Assembly: GCF_006345805.1 (NCBI RefSeq)
Contig: NC_043003.1
Location: forward strand, 18,910,001 to 18,974,000
Source: Octopus sinensis
Lineage: Eukaryota
Direction of reading: 5' to 3'
Length of the DNA stretch: 64,000 nt
A program made the translations under genes and the position numbers. The notes under the pieces were generated by a model that saw only the letters and a list, made by a program, of their open reading frames with translations, did not search any database and was not told the origin of the DNA. Positions 27,584 through 41,564 of the stretch are shown here, one piece after another. Within the stretch, counting starts at the first letter, position 1. The number at the start of each line of letters is the position of its first letter.

Positions 27584-27995
27584 TGTAGTGACGCCATCTT
27601 GGAAATCTCCAGCACGCATGCGCAGGGTTGGAATCTTCCGGAAGGCCTGCCAGAAGATCCCTCATGCACATGCACTGAAAACTAGCAGCAGCGAAATTCT
27701 CTTGTATCTTACCCTTTGACACGAGCAGTTGAACGATACAGACATGTCTCCAGCAGCTCTCTCAAGCTGCTACCTTGTGGCGCATCCCCGCTATGCTTGA
27801 ATGGGCAGGATTGACTCACTCCACTTGACTACTGCCGATTCACCCAGAGGAAGGAAATGTTTATATTGCGAATCAAAGAATAAATATTTATACTATTGAA
27901 GTTAACGGAAAATCTTGACTCTTTCTTCAGTTAATATTTAATGTTAAGGATGCGAGCAGCGCCCATCCAGTGCGGGAATCTCTCATCCTGTTACA
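27584..27995 (+). mobile_element. Solo LTR (Gypsy-like, 4-bp TSD)
   Basis: TGTA..TACA termini, AGAT on both flanks (27580-27583, 27996-27999), internal AATAAA at 27879, GC-richer than the flanks. Confidence 0.85.
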
Positions 27996-28472
27996 AGATA
28001 ATTAACTAATTTAGCTGTTTGATAAATTACAGTTTTTAGTTGAATCCTACCAAAATTGGCTTCATTGTGGTTTCCTTTGATGCTGACAAAATTTAGTACC
28101 AGTATCATATTGGAATATCTGGGTTATGAACACACTCTGGGAATTGAAACAGTAAGCATATGATCATGAATGCAACACCCTAATGACAAGGTCATGTGAC
28201 CTTCACCATAGTACCTACTACTGTTCACAAAGTGAGCAACAGCTGCTGAGTTGGGAGGGTGCCATACTAGTGGCCCAGTGGTCCACCAACAAAAAATGTG
28301 TACCTGGTTGTTATAATAATAATATAGTGCAGCTTACCACGAACACCAGCAGCGCTTTATTATTGTTGAGTATTTTGTTACAATACTGATTCTCTTGTGA
28401 CAAATTCTCTTGCGTAACTCCCAATGAAAGATGGACTTTATTTAAATGACATCCTTTTAGACAGACTTTATA

Positions 28473-28701
28473 TTGGGTTGGTGCATAATTATTGTGGCTT
28501 TTTTTCAACAAATTTTATTCAATAAAAACATCTTTAAATTATGATCTGTCCATCTGCCAAGCAAATGGGAAGCAGTAATTGAAGTAGATGGTGAATATGC
28601 TCCGGAATAATCATTTAAAGATGTTTTTGTTACATGTTGTTACTGTTTTCGTTGAATAAAATTTGTTGAAAAACAGCTGCAATAATTATGCACCCACCCA
28701 A
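28473..28701 (+). mobile_element. Mariner-derived MITE
   Basis: TIR ttgggttggtgcataattattg / caataattatgcacccacccaa, TA TSD, internal LPSKWEAVIEVDGEYAPE* resembling a mariner transposase C-terminus. Confidence 0.88.
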
Positions 28702-29106
28702 TAGATCCAAGCATAACTGTGTGGTAAGATGTTCGTTTCTCAACCACATGGTTTCTGGTTCAGTCCCACTGCATGACACTTTGGGAAATGCCTTCTACTA
28801 TAGCCCCAGACCAACCAAAGACTTGTGAGTGGTTTGGTAGAAAGAAACTGAAAGAAACCTATCACATATATGAGTGTGTGTATGTATGTGTGTTACTATC
28901 TCCTTGACATAATAGTTGTAAACAAGCATCACTGTCATACAAGTGGAGCCTTTGGTTTCCAATCTTCAGTGAAAACATGTCTGGGCTGGGGAAATATTAC
29001 CTTACTTGGTGACAGGTATGGGTTACCAACAGAAAGGGCATCCAGCAGTAGATAATCCACTTCATTAAATTCCATCTAACCCATGTGAATAAAGAAAGGT
29101 GGATAT

Positions 29107-29422
29107 GTGCCGGTAGCACATGAAAAAACATTCATGCGAGGTTGTTGCCAGTGCCACTGGACTGGCTCCTGTGCAGGTGGCACATAAAAAACACCATTTG
29201 AGCATGGCTGTTTCCAGTACCACCTAACTGGCCCTCATGCCAGTGGCATGTAAAAGCACCCACTACACCCTCAGAGTGGTTGGTGTTAGGAAGGGCATCC
29301 AGCTGTAGAAACTCTGCCAGATCAATATTGGAACCTGGTGCAGCCATCTGGTTTGCCAGTCCTTAGTCAAATCGTCCAACCCATGCTAGCATGGAAAGCG
29401 GACGTTAAACAATGATGATGAT
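29107..29422 (+). mobile_element. Family C repeat
   Basis: Family consensus with (GAT)n end. Confidence 0.85.
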
Positions 29423-29552
29423 GGACATTAAAATAATGATGATGATGATAATTATGTATATAAACAAAAGTCTTCAAATAGTGCTCCACTGATTCAGTGG
29501 AGTATAAGAATTACTTAATTTACAAAAAAAATTACTCTGTTCTTTATTTCAG

Positions 29553-29751
29553 GTAAATCTGAAAATATCAGGAGAAAAACAAAATTGAAAAACGTTGTAC
29601 CTGATGATTCTGGATTTATTTATCCTGCTGATGTTTGGCATATTCTATCATTGTATATCCATCCTGAAGATGTTTGGCGATTTGCTTCTATCTGCAAATA
29701 TGCAAATATTGCAATCCATACTGTAAGCTTTTGGCGTCATCTCTATCATAG
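29553..29751 (+). CDS. TMEM183A: TMEM183-family exon 4 (F-box-like motif)
   Basis: tttcag acceptor, gtttgt donor; YPADVWHILSLYIHPEDVWRFASICK..FWRHLY aligns with TMEM183A [32 protein letters not shown]. Confidence 0.95.
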
Positions 29752-30466
29752 GTTTGTATTCTAATTTTCCCTGTATCATTAATCTATCTTCAGCTACTCT
29801 AGTCTGAAATACGTCTATTTTCTAATGCCATATCAGCTATTTTATCGGATATCACATAAAAAGCACCCTTTGCCAGCGCCATGTAGAGGGTACTTGTGCC
29901 GGTGCAATACAAAAAGCACCCATCCTGGCACCACATAAAGCACACCCTACTACACTCTATTAAGTGGTTGACATTAGGAAGGGAATCCAATCTTTGATAC
30001 CATCCCAAAACAGAGGACTGGGGCCTAGTACAGCTCACCACCTTACCAGTTGTTGTCAAACCATCCAACCCTTGGACATTAAATAATGATGTATTTTGTG
30101 AACAATAGTATTATTGGTTACAGGTTTCCAATGGAGCAATCAATGACTTGCTACAATTACAAGGGGCTGGCTTACTAGCTTCTTTCAGTTTTCATCTACC
30201 AGATCCACTCACAAAGATTTGGTGGTGTGTGCCCAAGATGCTGTACAATATGACTGAGCCTAGACCACATGGTTAGGAAGCAAACTTCTTAATTACACAG
30301 CTATGCCTGCACAAATCTACATGTGCACACTCTTTGAGCTTCTGCACAATTTCTGCTTACCCTATTCCTTTCACACAATGCAAAAGAAAACACTTACCAA
30401 AGGTGTTGCATGATGGGGTTCAAACCCAGAACTCCACAGTTGCAAAGCCAAATTTTTTAGGTGAAG

Positions 30467-30756
30467 TCATCATCATCATCTTCATTTAATGTCCATTGTC
30501 CATGCTGGCATGGGTTTGACGGTTTGACTGTGCTGGCACACTGTGAGGCTGCGCCTGGCTCTAGTCTGATTTGGCATGGTTTTCTACAGCTGGATGCCCT
30601 TCCTAATGCCAACCACTCTGAGAGTGTAATGGGTGTTTTCACATGCCACCGGCACAGGTGCCATTTGTGTGACATCGGTATCTGCCCCGATTGCAATTTT
30701 GCTCAGCTTGATGGGTCTTCTTCTCGAGCATGACATAATGCCAAAGGTCCTCTGGT
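30467..30756 (-). mobile_element. Family C repeat, inverted
   Basis: (cat)n start, then the reverse complement of the family C consensus. Confidence 0.82.
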
Positions 30757-33628
30757 TTAGCATGTAGCTAAGAAATTTCTTTCGAACCTTATACTCAAGG
30801 GTGAACCTGTGACTATTGTAGAAATCCCCAGTCAATGCACAGATACTATAGGTTGCTGTCTTTTACCTACAATTGTTGCAAGATGATCAATGTCTTGTAA
30901 GTGAAAGTTGATAGATGGAAAGTGAAAGGAGCCCTCTTCTTGGTTGAGTACATTAATTGTAAACAAATGTCACTGCCATGCACTTTCCAAGCTGGTGTCA
31001 ATTGCAGGGGTCATGAACATAAGGATTTTTCAATTTTTGGTTGATGAATGCTATAGACTGTGAGTAATCATACATGAACATACACACACACACACATGCT
31101 TTAGTGTATCAAGTCTTCAAATCAAAATCAGCTTCAGGTTCTAATCATTCCAACAATTTGTTTAACAACCTTAGGAAAAAGCAGAAACATAATATTAAGT
31201 TACTGAGGACTAATCAGACATTGAGTGACAGTGTTGTTTATGAATAATAATCAAGCATTGAATTTTGAATAATGATTAAACATTAGATGAAAGTAAAATA
31301 ATTCGCCAATTTCATCTTGAAGATTAGGCTATAGGAGTCTTGTGATTGTGAAGTTAAGATGCTTGTCTGCTGGACCACATGAGTGAAGGCAGATCTTGCT
31401 GCAGCAGATAATTCAGTTGTGAACAAAGGCAAGGTACATTACTCTGTTTGCCTTAGACTGCTTTGTTGAAAAAAAAAATTACAGTCTCTATCACAGTTGA
31501 TTGGGTGGCTGTATGAAGAGCATTCAGCTTTAAATAAAACTTACTTCATCTGTTGATATTCACATCTTTATAATGCAGAAATATGAAATAAAAAGTTTTT
31601 TTTTAATTTTCTTTTTGAAGTTCTATCATCATCCTTTAACTTCTCTTCTTTCTATGCTGGCATGAATTGGACAGTTTGACAAGAACAGACGAGCCAGAGA
31701 GCTCAGCCAGGTTCCATGTCTGCTTTGGTATGGTTTCTGCTGCTAGATGCCCTTCCTAACGCCATCCAAAGTAATTACATTATGAAAGAGTCATTTAATA
31801 ACACCCATAAACTGTTAATTTCACCTTGAATTTTTTCCATGAAGTGTTGAAATTTTTGTTGTTCAGGCGCAACCTGGTTATTGACACAGTTTCAGTGAAA
31901 CTGTCAGTGACCAGGTCACAATTGTACAAAGAATATTTTGACATATGAAAATTTAAGGTGAAATTGTAGGTAGCATAGCTACATGGTTAAGAAGCTTCCT
32001 TTCCTAACCATGTGGTCTTGGGTTCAGTCTCAATACATGGCACCTTGGGCAAGTATATTCTACTACAGCCTTGTGAGTGGATCTCTTAGGTAGAAACTAA
32101 GAGCCTGTCACCTATGCATATATGTACATACTTACATCTATATGTATATATGGGTACAGGACATCAAAAAACGTTGATCACAATGAGAAATGAAAACACA
32201 AAAACAAAAGCATGGAAACAAACTTTTTTTCAAACAACGAAAAAACAGAGTACAAGACATATATTTGTGCATGTGTGCATATCTTTGCCTAGACTTCACA
32301 TAATGGTTAGCATCACCATCACACAAGCGATGTTATTCATTTTCAGTCTTTCATGGAAAACATGTCTAGCTATGGAAAAATATTATCATACTCAGAAATA
32401 GGTGTGAGTTGGTGACAGGAAGGACAACCAGCCTTAGAAAATCCGCCTCAACAAAATTTATCTGCCTCTTGCAAGCATGGAAATGTTGATGTAAATGATA
32501 ATGATAACGATGAGAAAATTAAGTTTTGTATGTAATTAACTGAATAGAATTACTATTCTATGATGTAACATTCTGCAGCTGAAGTTGCCATGGTTTCGTA
32601 CAGCACCACCATCGAGGAAGAATTGAACTGAGGTAGAATAAAGAGGATGTGTATGAAATTACCATAAGTTATAAGATTTTTGTCTTGTCAGCCAACAAGA
32701 TAGAGCATCTGCACAGTTATTTGACCTTTTTTGGTCCTGAGTGCACTGTGTCTGTGGAATAAACAGGATGGTCATGGCTAAGCAACAAAAAGCTATTTAA
32801 CACAATGATTCCATTATTTAATTCTAACTAAGCTGGGTGAGCTGGCAGAATCATTAGCATGCCGGGCGAAGTGCTTAGCAGTATTTCGTCTGCCGTTACG
32901 TTCTGAGTTCAAAATTCCTCCGAGGTCGACTTTGCCTTTCATCCTTTTGGAGTCAATTAAATAAGTACCAGTTATGCACTGGGGTCGATATAATCGACTT
33001 AATCTGTTTGTCTGTCCTTGTTTGTCCTCTCTGTGTTTAGCCCCTTGTGGGTAGTAAAAAAATAAGTATTTCATCCATCCTTACATTCTATGTTCAAATT
33101 CCACCAAGGTCAACTTTGCTTTTCATCCTTCCAGGGTCGATGAAATAAGTACCAGTGGAACACTGGGGCCAATGTAATTGATTAGCCCCCTCCCTCAAAT
33201 TTCAAGCTTTATGCCTACAATAGAAAAGATTGTTTGATTCTAACTGGTACCCCATCAGTTATGATGACAAGGGTTCTGGTTGATCTGATTAATGGAACAC
33301 CCTGCTTGTGAAATTAACATACAAGTGGCTGAGCATTCCACAGACACGCATACTCTTATTTGATTAGTGGAGGGCTGTTTATCTCCTTGCTGCTCCACCT
33401 GATCATTCTCACCCTCTCTTCTAAATGTGAAAATTCATGCTCTGCCCACTCTGCTTTCTCTCATACCTTAACCCCTCATCTCCAAGCATAAAACCAGCTC
33501 TGCTTCTTTGGGTTATGTAGTCTTGCAAACTGCATGGTGACCATTCTTTAGTGCTAGTAGCACAAAAAAAGCAACCAGTCCATATTGTTCAGTGGTTGTC
33601 ATTAGGAAGGGCATCTTGCCATAGAAAC

Positions 33629-33885
33629 TGTTATAAACCCAAACTCGAATATCAAAGTTTAAAAGGTTTTAATCGACTAACAATACAGCAATATACAATA
33701 CAAACAAAGATTGCTAAAGTTGTAAGCAAAACCAAACTTCAACACAATAACATTTATATACAGCGAGTTGCTACCTTCTCGACTAACTAAAATCAACACT
33801 GAACAGAATTCTGCACAGGGCACTGCAGGCATATAATGGCAATCAAGACAATCAAAATCATGTAATCAAAACTAAAATCATAATA
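33629..33885. mobile_element. Solo LTR (5-bp TSD) inserted in a family C repeat
   Basis: Starts TGTTAT and ends ATAATA (one change from ATAACA); GAAAC duplicated at 33624-33628 and 33886-33890; the host repeat resumes afterwards. Confidence 0.7.
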
Positions 33886-35154
33886 GAAACCATGCAAAAG
33901 CGGACACTAGAACATGATGCAGTCCTTGGGTGCATCAGATCCTGTCAAATCATCCTGTCCCAAACCAGCATGGAACATGGACATTAAATGAGAATGAGGA
34001 TGAAATATATTACTAAGACTTATTTTATTTAAAGTTAAAGGATGGTGTGCACTGTTGATCTTAACAGGATATTAAATCAAAGCAGAAATACCAACACAGT
34101 TCAGCTATTTGGTTATCACCATCTCTATTTAGTATAAAACATTAAAAAAACTGAAAAGATTGCAGTGTATATTCTTTTCTACTCTAGGCTCAAGGCCATA
34201 AATTTGGGAGGGAGGGGACCAGTTAATTAGATCCACCCCAGTATGCAACTGGTACTTAATTTATCGACCCCGAAAGGATGAAAGACAAAGTGGACCTCGG
34301 CAGAATTTGAACTCAGAACGTAAAGACAGACTAAATACCTATTTCTTTACTACCCACAAGGGGCTAAACACAGAGAGGACAAACAAGGACAGACAAATAG
34401 ATTAAGTCAATTATATCGACCCCAGTGCATAACTTGTACTTATTTAATTGACCCCGAAAGGATGAAAGGCAAAGTTGACCTTGGCGGAATTTGAACTCAG
34501 AATGTAGCGGCAGATGAAATACCGCTAAGCATTTCACCCAGTGTGCTAATGCTTCTGACAGCTCGCCGCCTTGAATGCATTGTATATTATTTTAGTGCTA
34601 TAGAAGATCAAGTTATTAAGATGTACTTTTCACACAAGTTTATAAATGTACAGGTATTGCTTAATGTCAGTTGTGTCTTTCAGTCACATTCTCATTTTTC
34701 TGTTTTTCCTTCATTTTTTAATCCATCTTGTAGAACATTAACAACAACAGATTTATGCCCAGAGAAACCTGATATATGATCATTGTGTAATTCGCAATTA
34801 AAATTTATTGAAATTAAAAATTTTCCTTTTAACTTAGGAATTGTTTGATGCCAAATAGAGAAATACAAAGGTGATATGAACTGCTGCTTAAACAGATGCA
34901 CCATATTTCATGACATTAATTAGATGTACTTTTTTTTCCAAAATTATGTCTCAAAATATGACCTTGAATCTATATACATGTGAAGTTGGGCATCCCATTA
35001 ACATTAATGCACAAAAAAAAATTTTCTTTAATATGGGCTGCTGAAATTAGGGTGCCTCAAATATGCCTGTGTCTCTTTTGCGCCTTCAAATTCTCATATT
35101 TCACACATTAACTGCTTCATGTGCTTTGCCAATAACTTGAAATAACCTAAACCT

Positions 35155-35540
35155 TGACACCCATAAAATTATTAACCATCTTACTAACAATAACTCTGAG
35201 CACCTTTTCAAACTCCACCTGTCTAACAACCCATGGACATGTTTACAAAGTCAGGAAACAGCACAGCTCCCATGACTTTCGGAAACATTTTTTCACGCTA
35301 AGTATGGAACAAACTGCCGGCATCAGTTGTTAGTTGTCAGAGCACTGCATCCTTCAAAACTTCCATGCTTCCTGAGATTCGCCAACACTACACCTGATTT
35401 TCTCCCCTCCATACACACGCAAGCATGTATCTGATTCATACACTGTTCACTTTCCAGACATTTGTACATTACTGCATATACTTTATACGCACTTTCTGAC
35501 AAGTTGTGGTGCACCTGAGCATTGTATACAATAATTTTAT
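35155..35540 (+). mobile_element. CR1/L2-group LINE 3' end
   Basis: HGHVYKVRKQHSSHDFRKHFFTL..WNKLPASVVSCQSTASFKTSM matches the RGH..K..R..FF..WN.LP..VV..FK C-terminal motif; followed by a 3' UTR. Confidence 0.8.
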
Positions 35541-37078
35541 TATATATTATATATAAATATATCTTGTTAGAATTTTTATTAGTTTTTAATACTTGACAAT
35601 CAATGAAATATATAACATTTGATGGGGTTGTGAAAAATACAAGTAATACTATCTACCTGAAAATAGAAATGAAATGAGAGCATAGCCTCTGCAAGATTAT
35701 TCCGTTGATGAACCTATTAATTTCGATTTGAAATTGTGTGCGTCTAAACCTTTTCAAGGGAAGCAACTTTTACTTCTCAAATGCAGAAATTACATTGCAA
35801 TTTTCATTTAGATATTTCACACCACGAAGATTTATCGTCAGCACTTTAATATAATAAATTTGTGAATGAAAGCATCATTAATGACAAGGTTCCATTTGAT
35901 CAATTATTGCTTTGCTGCATTTCTGACAAGGGAGTTACTGTAACTCAATACAAAGGACATCTTTCAAAGAACATTGCCCTTTCACTGATGTTTACATTCC
36001 TTTACCAGTATTACATCAGTGAAAGCTACACATAGGCACACACACACACACACACTCATTTATTCATTCAACATCCATTTTCCATGCTAGCACAGGTTGA
36101 AAAGGGACCTATTTGCTGCAAGATTTCATGGCTAAATGCTCTTTCTGTTGGCAACATTTGTGTTTCGCATGTAAGGAATTTTTCATTCCATAAGTCTTTG
36201 AAAGTGTAAAGCAGTCAGTCACAAGGAACCATCATCATTTTAATGTCCATTTTTCCATACTTGCATGGGTCAGACAGATGCCCTTCCCGTTTCCAAGCAA
36301 GGTATTTTTTTCACATAGCCAGACATATTTTCATGGAAGACTGGAAACAAACAACCCCACTTGTATGACAATGATACTCATTTACGGCGTTCAGATGATG
36401 ACTTGACATGGGTAAAGCACCATTCAAGCATGGTCAATGCCAGTGCCGCCTGACTGGCCCTCGTACCGGTGGCTTATAAAAAGCACCCACTACACTCTGA
36501 GTGGTTGGCATTAGGAAGGGCATCCAGCTGTAGAAACCTTGCCAGATCAGATTGGAGCCTGGTGCAGCCTTATGGCTTGCCAGTCCTCAGTCAAACCGTC
36601 CAGCCCATACCAGCATGAAAAGCAGACTTTAAACGATGATGATGATGATGAGAGAGATAGATTGCGATGAGCTTCTTTCAGTTTCTGTCTATCAAATCCA
36701 TTCGTAAGGCTTTTGTTGGCCTGGAGCTATTCTAGAAGACACAACAGGCACACAAAAATGCCGAAAACAATCTCAAGATACACAGAACTCTATGAAATGG
36801 TTACAGTCCAGGTACTACAGAACAGAAAATGTTATTTGTACATGCACTTTAATACATAATTTTAAAAACTAGATACTCAACTGATACTCCAGGAATTTTA
36901 AATGTACTTTTTAGAGATTTCAAATGTTGCCATAGGAGATGCTAATTCCTTCCATCTGGCTTCATATGGCAGTAATAACATTGGTAAACCTTTGTCAGCA
37001 GATTTCTACAAATTTACTCTCTCATTTTTATTTTTATTTTTTGAAATATTTCTTTATTTTTTTCTTTCTTTTTTTCAG

Positions 37079-37664
37079 GCATTGTTATGACTTGACTCTG
37101 CTTCCAAGGAATCTGATGCCTTTTAATTTGGAATGTATCCATGGACTTCGAGCTCGAGTTATACGGTCACTTCATCATGCATATCCACCTCTCTTGAACA
37201 AGACCATCAAATTCTCTGTAGATGATATTCCAAACCAACTTGAAGGGCAACGATGCATTCTTTTCTGGCAAACTCAAATGGCTGACAATCAAAGCTGGAA
37301 TTTCTACTTTAAGTTCAAAAGGGACTCTACATTCTCGAACAAACTAAGCCATTCTCGTAAACGCAATGATTTCTTGAATGGCTATGATGACATGTTTCAC
37401 AACCCTGAAAAAGATTGTACAGTACTTTTAGTAACTTGTAAGAACTATTCCTTTGTTCCTGTTGTCATGGGCTATGTACTAAACAAACTAAGTGTAGCGG
37501 TCAGCCAGACAATGCGCTATCATAGGATGAAACTTAGTTTCAATACTCGTTTTTTTAATAACAGCAATTCTTCAGGAGGTCCCGGAGAAGAAATGATCGT
37601 CTTAGATCCTGTGATGAGCTGGCAGTGTATGGGATGGTGGCATCGTAATTATCCCAGTGTGTGA
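37079..37664 (+). CDS. TMEM183A: TMEM183-family last coding exon
   Basis: T-rich cag acceptor, phase 2 (AG+G=Arg); LRARVIRSL, WNFYFKFK, NPEKDC, VMG, MRYHR, VLDPV, WWHRNYP match the TMEM183 C-terminal half; TGA ends at 37664. Confidence 0.96.
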
Positions 37665-37714
37665 AATCTGTTTTATTGGCCAAGGAACTCATATCGTCTA
37701 AGAACATTATAGAA

Positions 37715-37727
37715 AATAAATAATAAA
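37715..37727 (+). promoter_or_regulatory. Candidate polyadenylation signals (two AATAAA)
   Basis: AATAAA at 37715 and 37722, ~50 nt after the stop, followed by a TG-rich stretch. Confidence 0.5.
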
Positions 37728-38236
37728 TATTGTTGTGAAACTGTGAAACCCAAAGAAGCTATTTTTGATCTCTCTCTCTCTCTCTTTCTCTCTCTCAGCA
37801 AATAGTTGAGACACACTGTTCACAAGTTCAAATAAGCTTAGTTTGCCCTGAGGAAGAGGAGCAGTCTGACATCTTCAGGTAGGGCATTACATCAGAGGGT
37901 GAAAAATTACTGCAGATGCTAAATCAGATACAGTGCTGAGTATGTGGTGAAGTGGGGGCGGCGGGGGAAAAGAATCAGTTGCTATTATTGTATGAAGCGT
38001 AACATTGTTGTCATGTATGCTTCATGCAATAGCAGCAGCCCATACGCTACTCGTTCAACTCATTCATCCGTTTATTCATTTTTATGTCAATTTTTTCCAT
38101 GCCCGAATGAGTTGGATGAATACATATCATCAAGGCATTGTTCTACAGCAGGATGTCCGTCCTGTTGTCAGCCCTTACTTATTTTACAAGTAAAGGGGTT
38201 TTTGTTTTTTGTTTTACCTTATTCCACACACTCACA

Positions 38237-38318
38237 TATATATATATATACATATGCATATATATATGTATACACATATGCATATATATATGTATACACA
38301 TATGCATATATATATGTA

Positions 38319-38362
<44 letters not shown>

Positions 38363-38390
38363 GCATATATATATATATATATATATATAA

Positions 38391-38425
<35 letters not shown>

Positions 38426-39019
38426 CATATATATATATATATATATATAAGCATATATATATATATATATATATATAAGCATATATATATATATATATTA
38501 TATATATATATAAGCATATATATATATATATATATATAATATATAAGCATATATGTATACGTATATAAGCATATATATATATAAGCATATATGCATATAT
38601 GTATACGTATATAAGCATATATATATATAAGCATATATGCATATATGTATACGTATATAAGCATATATATATATAAGCATATATGCATATATGTATACGT
38701 ATATAAGCATATATATATATATAAGCATATATGTATATATATATAAGCATATATGTATATATGCATATATGTATACGTATATAAGCATATGTATATATAT
38801 ATAAGCATATATGTATATATGCATATATGTATACGTATATAAGCATATGTATATATATATAAGCATATATGTATATATGCATATATGTATACGTATATAA
38901 GCATATGTATATATATATAAGCATATATGTATATATGCATATATATATATATATAAGCATATATGTATATATGCATATATATACATATATATATATAAAT
39001 AAGCATATATATATATATA
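38237..39019. repeat. Compound (TA)n micro/minisatellite
   Basis: (TA)n punctuated by recurring aagc, tgc and gtatacg words. Confidence 0.95.
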
Positions 39020-40208
39020 GATGATGGGCTTCCATACAGTTTCTGTCTACCAATTCCACTCACCAGGCATTCATCGGCTCGAGACTATTATAGAATATAC
39101 TTGCCCAGGGTGCTACATGGTGTGATTGATCTCAAAACCACATGGTCTCATAGTGAACTCCGCCTCCATACAGCCAAACATCTGCACCCGCATATATTTA
39201 ACTTGGTATTGGTATTTTAGTTCTTGTCCCTCTGATGAAAAAACTCTGCCCTGAAATGCGAAAGACCCTTCCCCACGTCTTTTCTTCACAGCAAACTATC
39301 TTCTTGTATTTTGTGAACAGTTTATTATTGGCAGTACAACTATTACTTATATAGAATTAATTAAAAGCCTCTTTAAATCATACAGGCAATTAATGTGACA
39401 GTTAACTATTTAAGGGTCTTAAAGGAGCATAACTAATAGGTAACTGCAATAGAAAATGAGCTGTGTAAATGTTATTACAGCAATAAAATTAGTTATAAAA
39501 ATAATAAGATCAATAATAATGACTACAATATCAATGGTAATAAGTTATACTAAACAATTTATATGATTATACAATATTTTCAAATAAACATGAGTTTCGC
39601 CAATGTGACCATATGGACTTCAACTTTCAGAGCCATTTTAGGCTTAAATTATTATTATTATTATTATTATTATGATTATGATTATTATTATTATTAATCC
39701 ACTTGTGTTGTTGTTTTGTTGTTTTTTTCTACTCACTCATATTTACTATTTACTGATTTAATTCTGCTTGCTTTCTTTATTTGTTCCTTAAACCATCGAA
39801 TTATTTTACTGAGGTACCGAGTTTTGAACTACAAAACTTACCCTTAATTTAATCATTAAGGGCATAGTACTATCTGGTAAGTTGTATCATATAAACTTCA
39901 GTCATCTTAACAAACGGTAATACTAAAGACTCCTGGTTATTTTTGCTGTGTCTGTCTTAATTAACCTCTAGAAAGGGTTGTTTTTTTAGACTGGTGGGTG
40001 TTTCTTTAGGAGTGCAAAATGCTTGAAAGTAAGATATATTCTAAAAATAGTGTTATCTAACAATTTTGGTGATTAAAAAACGTTTATTTTTGTGTGAATG
40101 AACATGGCATGTGTGCACATAGCCACACATTTTTACATAAACAGTTTTCTATTTAACACTAGTTTTTGTATGTGTATGTATGTATATATATGTATGTGTG
40201 TGTGTATA

Positions 40209-40253
<45 letters not shown>

Positions 40254-40456
40254 CAGTAGGAACCATGCCAAAGCAGACATTGGTGTTTGATGCAGCTCTC
40301 TGGCTCATCAGTTTGTGTTGAACCATCCAACCCATGCTAGCATGGAAAAAGGAATGTTAAATGATGAGGATATATATATATATATGTATGTGGATATATG
40401 TGTGTATGCTTATATACACATAGACACAGACATAAATATACATGGATGTGTGTGTG

Positions 40457-40489
<33 letters not shown>

Positions 40490-41165
40490 TATTTTTTGTA
40501 TTAACAGAATTTTGTCATAACCCTTCAACGTAGCTACATCCAGAAATACATTTATATATTAATAGTTTACAACATTTTTTCCCCCTAAATGATAAGTGTT
40601 ATTTTGGACAAAGGCAACAAACCTTGGTACAGGTGATAGAAGTATAATGAAAGTCTTTGCTAGCTTAAGAAAAGAATAATAATTATTCAAAAGCACACTT
40701 TCTAAAACAATACTTCTTACAAACTCATGGTAAACAATTAAAACAGAAATCTCTTTCAAGGAACTGCATTCTTCCCCAAAAAACATGGCAGTTATCAACT
40801 ATTCTCAATGTAATATGTCCACTTGAACTTGTAACTTACTGGGTGAAACTTGGGCTCATACAAACATTAAGCAGAATCTGAACATTGCAATAATAATAAT
40901 AATAGTTTTGGTGGGAATGTTCAAGAAACAGGCAGGCAAATACAGAACAAAAATCTCAGGATTTACAAATATGCATGACCTACAGAAAATGACATTGCTA
41001 GGCACCACGCACACACATTACAAAGAGCATTTTCAATGAAGGAAGGTATGATAAAAACAAGACAAAACAAAACACTTCAAACATCCAAGGCAAACAGAAT
41101 GCTCTCTGTAGTGCAGTGAAAGCATGCAATAAAAGCAAGACTACTGGGGAAAGTAAAAATAATTA

Positions 41166-41564
41166 TAGGAGTGACTGTGTGGTAAGTAGCTTGCTTATGA
41201 ACCCACATGGTTCTGGGTTCAGTCCCACTGCGTGGATCCTTTGGCAAGTGTCTTCTACTATAGCCTCAGGCCAACCAAAACCTTGTGAGTGGGTTTAGTA
41301 AACGGAAACTGAAAGAAGCCCGTCATATATATGTGTGTATATATATATGTATGTGTTTGTGTGTCTGTGTTTGTTCCCCCCCCCCGAACATCGCTTGACA
41401 ACCGATGCTGGTGTGTTTACATCCCTGTAACTTAGTGGTTTGGCAAAAGAGACCGATAAAATAAGTACTAGGCTTACAAAGAATGAGTCCTGGGGTCGAT
41501 TTGCTTGACTAAATGCGATGCTCCAGCATGGCCACAGTCAAATGACTGAAACAAGTAAAAGAGT
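41166..41564 (+). mobile_element. SINE family A
   Basis: Full consensus. Confidence 0.9.

Noticed and set aside
36939-37078. Hydrophobic N-terminus of the 241-aa ORF as a transmembrane segment
   Set aside because: This is the intronic polypyrimidine tract upstream of the acceptor at 37078.
37799-37878. Exon-like segment after the TMEM183 stop
   Set aside because: The acceptor is supplied by a (CT)n tract, and joining to exon 4 gives an immediate stop.
38138-39063. Long YI/IY-rich ORFs up to 294 aa (also 43003-43452 and 59713-60199)
   Set aside because: Translations of (TA)n tracts.
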